NCBI GenBank assembly: GCA_035719865.1
Contig: DASTFP010000043.1
Location: forward strand, 1 to 30,752
Length of the DNA: 30,752 nucleotides
From: Terrimicrobiaceae bacterium
Lineage (GTDB): Bacteria; Verrucomicrobiota; Verrucomicrobiia; Chthoniobacterales; Terrimicrobiaceae
Direction: 5' to 3'
In this document: positions 9,152 to 17,631 of the stretch, piece after piece
How positions within the stretch are numbered: position 1 is the first letter of the stretch
Layout of the letters: every line of letters starts with the position of its first letter
Notes under the pieces: model-generated
Seen by the model: the letters and a program-made list of their open reading frames with translations, nothing else
Database searches by the model: none
What the model was told of the DNA's origin: nothing
Translations under genes and position numbers: made by a program

Positions 9152-9607
9152 CTATGCGATCAGAAGTTGCGTAAGTGATGCGCGAGCAGGTTTGCCAATA
9201 TCGGGCTTAATGACTAATTCGAGCGCGCCGACACTCTCCAGCGAAAGGTCGTAGGTTTCACGCTCCTGTGTGGTGCCCGGTGGGCTGAAATTGTATTGCT
9301 GCCTAACGAACTCAACCGGAGCTTCATTTGCTCGTTGCCACGACAGAGTAAACTGCTGGGTTCGGGGCACGATTTTTTCCTCAAACAAGAGCTTTATTTT
9401 GGCAATCTTTTGGGGGGTGTCGAAGACGATGCGGATTTTCTGTTCGCCATCAGCGGCAGCCCGCCAGTAGCTATCGTCGGCACTCAGGGCGAAATCTATG
9501 GGATGGTCCGGGTCTTCGGACGTCATTTCGAATCGAGCGATCGCCGCCAAGTCCATCCCCTGAGGCGAGGTCTCCGACGTGTCTTTGATAACAGCTTTGC
9601 GGATCAT
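9152..9607 (-). CDS. Small conserved protein with probable galactose-binding-like/APC10-like beta-sandwich (often annotated carbohydrate-binding protein)
   Basis: Within ORF 9152..10057, from ATG 9607: TSEDPDHPI, WRAAADGEQKIRIVFDTPQ, RTQQFTL, VRQQYNFSP.GTT.E.E.Y, LELVIKPD...RASL. Confidence 0.75.
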   Translation of the reverse strand: MIRKAVIKDTSETSPQGMDLAAIARFEMTSEDPDHPIDFALSADDSYWRAAADGEQKIRIVFDTPQKIAKIKLLFEEKIVPRTQQFTLSWQRANEAPVEFVRQQYNFSPPGTTQERETYDLSLESVGALELVIKPDIGKPARASLTQLLIA

Positions 9608-9754
9608 AGGCGGATTACAGCAAATCGAACCATCCAAATCAACCACGACCGCTCGAGGGCGTCGATCAGAAAAGGATCCTCCGCCGACCGCCGGACGAAC
9701 CTGCTTCCCGAGCTGATGTCCCATTGATACGTTCAAAAAGAGGAACCGTTTTCC

Positions 9755-12700
9755 ATGAAGAAACTGCTTGCGCTCAACCGTGGTGAGATCGCCATCCGAA
9801 TCCTCCGGGCTGCCTCGGAACTGGGGCTGCGAACGGTCGCGGTTCATTCGCAGGAGGACCGCCTGAGCCTGCACCGCTTCAAGGCTGACGAAGCCTACCT
9901 GATCGGGGAGGGAAAAGGTCCGGTCCAGGCCTATCTGGACGCGGAGGGCATTGTGGCGATGGCCGCCGAAAAGGGCGTCGACGCCATCCACCCGGGATAC
10001 GGCTTTCTTTCTGAAAATCCTGTTCTGCCGCGAGCATGCGAGGCGGCGGGGATTCAATTCGTGGGACCTTCAGCGGAGCTCCTTGAACTCCTGGGCGACA
10101 AGACTGCCGCGCGGCGATTGGCGCAGAAGGCGGGGGTGCCTGTGATCCCGGGAACGGAACGACCGGTGAGCAGCCCTGATCTCGCGCGCGGGATTGCGAA
10201 AGAGATCGGCTTTCCAATGATCGTCAAGGCAGCATTCGGCGGGGGCGGGCGCGGTATGCGCATCGTTGCCGGTAAAAGAGAATTCGAGGCCAAGATCGCA
10301 GAAGCCCAGCAAGAGGCTGCGGCCGCTTTCGGCAACGACGCGGTTTTTCTCGAGCGCTTCATCAGACGCGCAAAACACATCGAGGTGCAGATCCTTGGCG
10401 ATCGGCACGGCAAGATCATTCACCTGTTCGAGCGCGATTGCTCCGTCCAGCGTCGCCACCAGAAAGTGGTGGAAGTCGCTCCCGCCGTAAACCTCGACTC
10501 CAGAATCCGCGAGCAAGTGTGTGAGGCTGCAGTCCAAATCGCCCGCGCGGCCAACTATTTCAGTGCGGGCACTGTCGAGTTCCTCGTCGATGTCGAAACT
10601 GGAAACTTCTACTTCATCGAAGTGAATCCCCGCGTGCAAGTCGAGCACACCGTTACCGAAGTCGTGACCGGCATTGACATTGTCCGCTCGCAGATCCTTG
10701 TCGCTCAGGGGCACGAGTTGCACGGCCCTCGGATGCACCTCCCCAGGCAGGAGGAGATTCCGCTCTACGGCTTTGCGCTCCAGTGCCGCGTGACAACGGA
10801 AGACCCCGCGAACAACTTTGTCCCGGATTACGGCAAGATCCACACCTACCGTTCGCCCGCCGGCTTCGGAATTCGCTTGGACGGGGCTTCGGCGTATGGC
10901 GGGGCCGTGATTACGCCGTACTACGATTCGCTGCTCGTCAAGGTCACGAGCTGGGGCGGAGACTTCAAGGAAGCGTGCCAACGAATGGACCGCGCTCTCC
11001 GCGAGTTCCGCATCCGCGGCGTGAGGACGAACATTCCTTTTCTCGAGAACGTGGTCAACAACCCGACGTTTCAGTTGGGCGAAGCGACGACGGGCTTCCT
11101 CGACGACACGCCGCAATTGTTTCATTTCAAGCCTCCGCTGGACCGGGCGACGAAGCTCCTCAACTACCTCGCTGAGACGATCGTAAATGGAAACAAGGAA
11201 GTCGCCGGCAAATCAAAGCCGGCGAACCTTCGGCCGGCGCCTCTCCCCCGGCATGACACTTCCGCCCCGCCGCCCGGAACTCGCCAACTTCTTCAGCAAA
11301 TGGGTGCGGACGGCTTCGCCAAATGGACTCGAGAGCGAAACCAGCTCCTCCTCACCGACACGACGTTTCGGGATGCGCACCAATCGCTGTTTGCGACGCG
11401 CATGCGCAGCTACGACATGCTCGCAATCGCCAACTACGTTTCCCGCAAACTCCATAATCTTTACAGCCTGGAAATGTGGGGCGGGGCGACCTTCGACGTC
11501 GCGCTGCGATTCCTGCGCGAAGATCCCTGGGAGAGACTGCAGCGCTTGCGCGAAGCAATTCCGAACATCTGCTTCCAGATGCTCCTCCGCGCCTCAAACG
11601 CCGTCGGCTACACCGCCTATCCGGACAACGTCGTGGAGGAGTTCATCTTCGAAGCCGCCGCCCGGGGAATCGACATCTTCCGGATTTTCGACTCGTTGAA
11701 CTGGCTTCCCAATATGAAGGTGTCCATCGAGGCGGCGCGAAAAAGCGGAAAAGTCTGCGAAGCCGCCATCTGCTACACGGGAAATTTGCTGGATCCCAAG
11801 CGCGACAAATACCCGCTGAACTATTACGTCACGAAAGCCCGGGAACTGGAACGCATGGGCGCTCAGATTCTCGCGATCAAAGATATGGCGGGCGTTTGCA
11901 GACCTTATGCCGCCGAGAAGCTGGTCAGAACGCTCCGGGAGGAAACCGGTCTGCCCATCCATTTCCATACCCATGACACCAGCGGGATCAACGCCTCTTC
12001 CCTGCTGAAGGCCAGCGAAGCCGGTGTGGACGTGGTCGACGGAGCCACCGCCTCGCTGAGCGGCACGACAAGCCAACCCAATCTCAACTCGCTGGTGGCT
12101 GCCTTGGCCAATACGGAACGCGATTCGGGTCTCGATCTCAAGAGCATGAATCGATGCGCCGACTACTGGGAGGTCGTTCGCCAATATTATTCTCCATTCG
12201 ACAGCAGCCCCAAGTCCGGAACCGCCGAAGTCTATCTCCATGAGATGCCGGGTGGTCAGTATACTAATCTCAAAGAGCAGGCCGAAGCGATGGGCCTCGG
12301 GCACAAATGGACGGAGATCGCCCGCGCCTACGCCGAAGTAAACATGGCGTTCGGCGACATCGTGAAAGTGACACCTTCAAGCAAAGTCGTCGGCGACATG
12401 GCTATCTTCCTGGTGAGCCATGGAACGTCCATTCATGAGCTGGAGCGTTTGGGCGCGAACCACACCTTCACGTTGCCGAACTCTGTCGTGGAGATGTTCT
12501 CCGGAGCTCTCGGGGAGCCGGATGGAGGTTGGCCACCGAAGATGGTGGAAGCGGTTTTGCGCGGGCAAAAACCGAAAACCGGACGCCCCGGGGAACATCT
12601 CGCTCCCGTGAACATGGAGGAGACGGCTGCGCTCCTCAAAGAGAAGATTGGCAACGCGGCAAGCCGCACGGACCTGATGAGCTACCTCATGTATCCGCAA

Positions 12701-13201
12701 GTGTTTCTCGCCTTCGCGCAGGAACGGCAGCTCTACGGCGATGTAAGCGTGCTGCCGACACCCCAGTTCTACTACGGAATGGAGCCCGGCGAAGAGATCA
12801 CCGCCGAGCTGGAGCCCGGGAAAACGCTGATCATCAAATTCCTCGCCGTGGGAGAACCGCACCCGGAAGGAAAGCGCACGGTGTTCTTTGAACTCAACGG
12901 CCAGCCTCGCGAAGTCACGGTCCAGGACAAGAGCCTCAAGGCGCAGAAGGTCGAGCGCGCCAAAGCCGACCCGTCAAACGCCGGTCACGTTGGCGCGCCG
13001 ATACCGGGAGCCATCACAACCATCATGGTCGAAACGGGGGAAACGGTCTCAAAGGGAGATCGCCTGCTCGTAATCGAAGCGATGAAGATGCAGACAACAA
13101 TTTACTCGCCTGTGTCGGGCAAGGTGATGGAAAAACGCGCCAAAGTCGGCGAGACTGTGGACGCGAAAGATCTGCTGATGGTCATTAGCACGGCAACTTA
13201 G
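9755..13201 (+). CDS. pyc: Pyruvate carboxylase
   Basis: Biotin carboxylase domain (NRGEIAIR, GGGGRGMR, EVNPRVQVEH), carboxyltransferase domain (DTTFRDAHQS, WGGATFD, IKDMAG, HFHTHDT), biotinylation site EAMKM; 1148 aa. Confidence 0.98.
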   Translation: MKKLLALNRGEIAIRILRAASELGLRTVAVHSQEDRLSLHRFKADEAYLIGEGKGPVQAYLDAEGIVAMAAEKGVDAIHPGYGFLSENPVLPRACEAAGIQFVGPSAELLELLGDKTAARRLAQKAGVPVIPGTERPVSSPDLARGIAKEIGFPMIVKAAFGGGGRGMRIVAGKREFEAKIAEAQQEAAAAFGNDAVFLERFIRRAKHIEVQILGDRHGKIIHLFERDCSVQRRHQKVVEVAPAVNLDSRIREQVCEAAVQIARAANYFSAGTVEFLVDVETGNFYFIEVNPRVQVEHTVTEVVTGIDIVRSQILVAQGHELHGPRMHLPRQEEIPLYGFALQCRVTTEDPANNFVPDYGKIHTYRSPAGFGIRLDGASAYGGAVITPYYDSLLVKVTSWGGDFKEACQRMDRALREFRIRGVRTNIPFLENVVNNPTFQLGEATTGFLDDTPQLFHFKPPLDRATKLLNYLAETIVNGNKEVAGKSKPANLRPAPLPRHDTSAPPPGTRQLLQQMGADGFAKWTRERNQLLLTDTTFRDAHQSLFATRMRSYDMLAIANYVSRKLHNLYSLEMWGGATFDVALRFLREDPWERLQRLREAIPNICFQMLLRASNAVGYTAYPDNVVEEFIFEAAARGIDIFRIFDSLNWLPNMKVSIEAARKSGKVCEAAICYTGNLLDPKRDKYPLNYYVTKARELERMGAQILAIKDMAGVCRPYAAEKLVRTLREETGLPIHFHTHDTSGINASSLLKASEAGVDVVDGATASLSGTTSQPNLNSLVAALANTERDSGLDLKSMNRCADYWEVVRQYYSPFDSSPKSGTAEVYLHEMPGGQYTNLKEQAEAMGLGHKWTEIARAYAEVNMAFGDIVKVTPSSKVVGDMAIFLVSHGTSIHELERLGANHTFTLPNSVVEMFSGALGEPDGGWPPKMVEAVLRGQKPKTGRPGEHLAPVNMEETAALLKEKIGNAASRTDLMSYLMYPQVFLAFAQERQLYGDVSVLPTPQFYYGMEPGEEITAELEPGKTLIIKFLAVGEPHPEGKRTVFFELNGQPREVTVQDKSLKAQKVERAKADPSNAGHVGAPIPGAITTIMVETGETVSKGDRLLVIEAMKMQTTIYSPVSGKVMEKRAKVGETVDAKDLLMVISTAT

Positions 13202-13302
13202 CAAAGACTGTCCCCTCGGGGCCTTTCCATAGTGGGCACGACCTCGGCGATGCTTGCAGAATTTCGAACAGCTTACTCTCCTCAAGCGGCCGCCGGAGTT
13301 CT

Positions 13303-15258
13303 TCAGCCCGTTGCGCGGGGTTCGAGAATCATGAACTGATAAGGCGCCAGGGTCAGCGATTCGTGGTCCGGGCCCAGGGTCAATTGATCGCCGGTCCAGT
13401 AGTCGAGAAGCCGGCCGGAAACCGGGCCGTGTTCCCTGAAGATGTGCCAGGTGAGAGCCTGATGTCGATCGCTGAAGTTAAAGAGACAATACACACGCCG
13501 GTCCTCCCGTGTCCGGAGATAACCCGCCACATGCACGTTATGAAGCGTAAGCCACGTGAGGTTCTTGGTATCGGCAATCATCGGAAGCTGCTTGCGAATC
13601 GCGATCAGCTTTTGCGTGGCGGAATAGACCCGGTGCTCGATGCTGTCCTCTTTCTCCGCGCGCTCATTCTTTTTCCAATCGATGACGGGCCGGTGCATCC
13701 AGCGGTTATCATAGGCCTTCCCGGGATCCTCGAGGTAGGAATAGTCGTTGGTGTATCCGGCCTCATCGCCGTAAAAGATCATCGGAATGCCGCCGAGCAA
13801 AAAGCTGTGCGCCTGCATCATGAGAATTCTGCCGATGGCCATATCGATGGCCGCTCCATCCTTGCTTAGCAACGCCTTTTCCAAGCCGCACAGAGAAGCC
13901 AGTGACCCGCTAATGCGAGCGTCGTTTGTCTTGGGATTCACCGAAAAGAGCGCGCCCGTCGCCGGGGATGCCGGATAGGCGCCGGAATAGTATTCCATTA
14001 TAAATTTGCGATGCTCGAAGGGGCTGAAACCGGCGTGCTGAATCATGTAGTCTTCATAGCCCAGTCCTATGTCATCGTGGCAGCGAGTGTAAGTGATCCA
14101 GGTCGCGCCATAGGGTTTTTGCAATATCTCATGCTGGGCGGCCAGCATCACGCGCGTGTCGCCAGTTGCCAGGGCATCCCATTGCAGTGCCATGTGCGTC
14201 GCGCCATAAGCCAGGTCGCACTCGCGCGCGGTAAAAAAACCGGTGCCAAAGTATTTCATGATCTCCTTCGGAGCTACGATCGCTTCGCCCAGAATAGCCA
14301 TTCCCGGCATGGCCACCTGGACGCACTGCTTGAAGAGCCTCAGGAGAGTGTGGGCCTGGGGCAGGTTCTGGCAGGTCGTGCCCAGTTGTTTCCAAATAAA
14401 CGCCGGCGCATCAATGCGGAGAACGTCGACACCCAGGTTGCCGTAGAAAAAAATGGTGTCGAGCATTTCAAGGAGCACCGCCGGGTTCGTATAGTTGAGA
14501 TCCCACTGGTAACTGTGAAAGACGGACATCACCCACTTGCCGATCTCCTGGCAATAAGTAAAGTTGCCCGGCGATGATTCCGGGAATACTTCCGGCATGC
14601 CGCGCTCAAAGCGGTCCGGGAGGTCCCGGTCGGCATACATATAATAATAGTCTTGAAAGCTGGGTTCTCCCTGCTTGGCCCTCCTCGCCCATTCGTGATG
14701 ATGCGAGGTGTGGTTAACCACAATGTCGAGCATGAGAAACATTTTTCGCTCGCTCATTCGCTGACGCAGTTCTCTAAGGTCTGCGAGTGTGCCGAAGCGA
14801 GGGTCCACCGTCCGGTAGTCGGATACCGCGTAGCCGCCATCGCTTTCGCCATAGGGACTCTCGAAGATCGGCATAAGGTGGAGCAGGTTAATGCCGAGCC
14901 GATTCAGGTAGTCCAGTTTCGATTCCATGTCGCCGAGTGTGCCGCTGAAGCGGTCCACATACAGGCTCATGGCTGCAATGCCATTGCTTAGAAACCAATG
15001 CCCCTGGTCCAGCTTTTCATCATCCTCATCTTTCAACGCGTCTGGCCGGTCGACAAATGCCCGCGTGATGACCTTCAACATTCTATCAAAGCATTCCTGC
15101 GCCTTGGGATGATGCGAATAGATCTCGTCATAAAGCGCCTTGATCGCGGCGGCATTAGCGATAAATCGGGTAAGAAATAGAATTCCGGCGTCGCCCTCGG
15201 GAAGATTCTCTTCTTTAACGCATTGGTTGATTTGCTGGTGTAACTGGTGCTGGTACAT
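13303..15258 (-). CDS. GH13 amylosucrase / sucrose hydrolase-like protein
   Basis: SLYVDRF, HLMP, SDGGYAVSDY, DIVVNHTS..HEWA, QWDLNY, RIDAPAF (nucleophile), GEAIV (acid/base), RCHDDIG. Start placed at ATG 15258 because the longer frame overlaps the neighbouring gene and the repeat. Confidence 0.9.
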   Translation of the reverse strand: MYQHQLHQQINQCVKEENLPEGDAGILFLTRFIANAAAIKALYDEIYSHHPKAQECFDRMLKVITRAFVDRPDALKDEDDEKLDQGHWFLSNGIAAMSLYVDRFSGTLGDMESKLDYLNRLGINLLHLMPIFESPYGESDGGYAVSDYRTVDPRFGTLADLRELRQRMSERKMFLMLDIVVNHTSHHHEWARRAKQGEPSFQDYYYMYADRDLPDRFERGMPEVFPESSPGNFTYCQEIGKWVMSVFHSYQWDLNYTNPAVLLEMLDTIFFYGNLGVDVLRIDAPAFIWKQLGTTCQNLPQAHTLLRLFKQCVQVAMPGMAILGEAIVAPKEIMKYFGTGFFTARECDLAYGATHMALQWDALATGDTRVMLAAQHEILQKPYGATWITYTRCHDDIGLGYEDYMIQHAGFSPFEHRKFIMEYYSGAYPASPATGALFSVNPKTNDARISGSLASLCGLEKALLSKDGAAIDMAIGRILMMQAHSFLLGGIPMIFYGDEAGYTNDYSYLEDPGKAYDNRWMHRPVIDWKKNERAEKEDSIEHRVYSATQKLIAIRKQLPMIADTKNLTWLTLHNVHVAGYLRTREDRRVYCLFNFSDRHQALTWHIFREHGPVSGRLLDYWTGDQLTLGPDHESLTLAPYQFMILEPRATG

Positions 15259-15269
15259 GACAGGGAGAA

Positions 15270-15325
15270 GTTGAGCGTTGAGCGTTGAGCGTTGAGCGTT
15301 GAGCGTTGAGCGTTGAAAGTTGAGC
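15270..15325. repeat. Heptamer tandem repeat (GTTGAGC)6-GTTGAAA-GTTGAGC
   Basis: Eight 7-bp units read directly; intergenic, ending 11 nt before the GH13 start codon on the minus strand. Confidence 0.95.
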
Positions 15326-15340
15326 GTTGCTGCGATGCAG

Positions 15341-15751
15341 TCAGTCCCCGATACGCCGGAGCGTGACGGCGGCTTGATCGCCTTGGCTGAAGGGAACCGA
15401 AGGCGAGTAAAACCCGCTGAGCATTTCAGCGCTCTTCGCAAGAACGACCGTGTAGTGAACATAACCTCCGGAACTCAGAGCCAGGAAGACCCGCGAACCG
15501 CGAACAACACCCCGGGCGGAATAGTTGCCCATGGCGCCATTGACCGTGGAACCCGCTTGCTCGAAGCGGATGTCTCCCCAACCGGACTCCCAAGCCTCCC
15601 AGGCTCCGGACACGCTGACATTCGCCGTGCCGCGGTTCGCCTGGAGCCACTGATCTGCGGCGAGATTGTTCCGGGCGTACTTTTCCTTCGTGCTACAACT
15701 CGCCAGCCCAGCGATAACCACTATCAAAGAAAGCATCCAACCGATTCTCAT
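15341..15751 (-). CDS. Hypothetical lipoprotein (beta-rich)
   Basis: MRIGWMLSLIVVIAGLASC lipobox; the mature part VSGAWE..WG.I.FEQ.G..V.G suggests a small beta-barrel. Confidence 0.75.
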   Translation of the reverse strand: MRIGWMLSLIVVIAGLASCSTKEKYARNNLAADQWLQANRGTANVSVSGAWEAWESGWGDIRFEQAGSTVNGAMGNYSARGVVRGSRVFLALSSGGYVHYTVVLAKSAEMLSGFYSPSVPFSQGDQAAVTLRRIGD

Positions 15752-15972
15752 GTCGACGATTGTTGATCGACCGAGGGCGTTTGTCACTTCCGGCGCTTTC
15801 TGAGTTTTCGCTGATCTGTCTTCCGCCAGGGCACATATTCGTAACATCCTGCAAGCGAGTCTCGTGGGCCTCGCGAAGGGGGGGAATGGGAGGAAGCCGA
15901 TTGCATTTGCCAGATGCGTGAAGGATTCTGTGGGGGAGATTCGGGCAACCGAACACAAGTTATGAACAAGGC

Positions 15973-17631
15973 ATGAAGAAACCAGTGATTCTCACCGTTG
16001 ACGACGACGTGGACGTCCTTCGGGCGGTGGAGCGGGATTTGCGGCGGCAGTACGGAGAGCGTTTTCGCGTGATGCGAGCCGACTCGGGCGCGGCGGCGTT
16101 GGAATTGGTCCAGCAGCTCAAGCTGCGAAATGAGCCGCCTGCGCTGTTTCTGGTCGATCAGCGGATGCCCCGGATGTCGGGCGTCGAGTTCTTGGAGCAG
16201 GCGCTGAAAGATTTCCCGAAGGTTAAACGCGCGCTGCTCACAGCATATGCGGACACTGATGCGGCGATCAGCGCGATCAATTCGGTCCAGATCGACCACT
16301 ATTTGATGAAGCCGTGGGACCCGCCCGAGGAGCGTCTATATCCGGTGCTCGACGACTTGCTCGACGACTGGCTGGCGGGCTTCCATCCGCCGTTTGAGGG
16401 CATCCGCGTCGTCGGTCTCAAGTGGTCGCCGCAGACGCACGCGGTCAAAAATTTCCTGGCGCGAAACCAGATTCCGTATCAGTGGCTCGACGTCGAGATC
16501 GACGCCGAAGCGCGCAAACTCGACGAGCAGGCCGGCAACGGAACAAATCTTCCGCTGGTGCTCTTTCCCGACGGTTCGCGCCTCAGAGATCCTGCCCCAG
16601 AGGTGGTCGCAGAACGGGCGGGCTTGAGAACGAGGGCGCAGATGCCGGCCTACGATCTGGCCATCATCGGCGCCGGACCCGCAGGGCTCGCGGCGGCGGT
16701 CTACGGCGCGTCGGAAGGACTGACAACCGTGATGATCGAACGCGAAGCGCCGGGTGGGCAAGCAGGTTCCAGTTCCCGCATCGAAAACTACCTTGGGTTT
16801 CCCTCGGGGCTCAGCGGAAGCGATCTCACCCGGCGCGCGGTGGCGCAGGCCCGGCGTTTCGGCGCCGAAATCCTGACCCCCAAAACCGTGGCGAGGATTC
16901 GGTGCAACGGACCGTATCGCGTGCTCACCCTGAATGACGGTAGCGAAATTAGCTGCCAGGCGCTGCTCATCGCGACCGGCGTCTCCTATCGGCGCCTCGA
17001 TACACCGGGCATCGAGAGACTTACGGGCGCTGGCGTTTACTACGGTGCGGCTGCGACCGAGGCAATCTCGTGCCAGAATGAAGACGCCTATATTGTCGGA
17101 GCAGGGAACTCCGCGGGCCAGGCGGCCATGTACCTCTCGGGATTCGCCAGGACCGTTACGCTGATCGTCCGGGGAGACTCCCTGGCAAAGACGATGTCCC
17201 AATACCTGATCGATCAGCTTGCCAAAACCCCGAATATCGCCGTGCAGTTTCGCTCGCGCGTGAGCGAGGCACAAGGCAACGGAAAGCTCGATACGGTTAC
17301 TATCGCCAACGATCAGACCGGCGAGGCGAAAACCGTTCCCGCCATCGCGCTTTTCATTTTCATCGGAGCCATGCCACATACCAGCCCAATCGCAGATCTC
17401 ATCGAATGCGATGAACGAGGCTTCATCTTGTCCGGCCCGGATCTGATCGTGAACGGACGCCGCCCGCGCAACTGGCCGCTGCAGCGCGACCCCTATTTGC
17501 TCGAGACAAACGTCCCCGGCATTTTCGTTGCCGGCGACGTGCGCCACGGTTCAATAAAGCGAGTTGCCTCCGCCGTCGGTGAGGGTTCTATTGCTATCGA
17601 ACTTGTGCATCAATACCTGGACCGATTTTGA
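15973..17631 (+). CDS. Receiver (REC) domain - glutaredoxin-like domain - thioredoxin reductase-like FAD oxidoreductase fusion
   Basis: REC residues intact (VDDD, LVDQRMP, LLTAY, MKPW). FAD motif IIGAGPAG, NAD(P)H motif IVGAGNSAGQAA, C-terminal AGDVRHGS.KRVASAVGEG. The CxxC position reads GVYYGAAATE. Confidence 0.93.
   Translation: MKKPVILTVDDDVDVLRAVERDLRRQYGERFRVMRADSGAAALELVQQLKLRNEPPALFLVDQRMPRMSGVEFLEQALKDFPKVKRALLTAYADTDAAISAINSVQIDHYLMKPWDPPEERLYPVLDDLLDDWLAGFHPPFEGIRVVGLKWSPQTHAVKNFLARNQIPYQWLDVEIDAEARKLDEQAGNGTNLPLVLFPDGSRLRDPAPEVVAERAGLRTRAQMPAYDLAIIGAGPAGLAAAVYGASEGLTTVMIEREAPGGQAGSSSRIENYLGFPSGLSGSDLTRRAVAQARRFGAEILTPKTVARIRCNGPYRVLTLNDGSEISCQALLIATGVSYRRLDTPGIERLTGAGVYYGAAATEAISCQNEDAYIVGAGNSAGQAAMYLSGFARTVTLIVRGDSLAKTMSQYLIDQLAKTPNIAVQFRSRVSEAQGNGKLDTVTIANDQTGEAKTVPAIALFIFIGAMPHTSPIADLIECDERGFILSGPDLIVNGRRPRNWPLQRDPYLLETNVPGIFVAGDVRHGSIKRVASAVGEGSIAIELVHQYLDRF

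Noticed and set aside
15259-15462. 68-aa N-terminal extension of the GH13 containing STLNAQR repeats
   Set aside because: It overlaps the upstream lipoprotein CDS by over 100 nt and is simply the translation of the heptamer repeat.
15962-15976. Four-codon uORF (MNKA*) overlapping the start of the REC-reductase gene
   Set aside because: Too short to support and no clear ribosome-binding site; likely chance.
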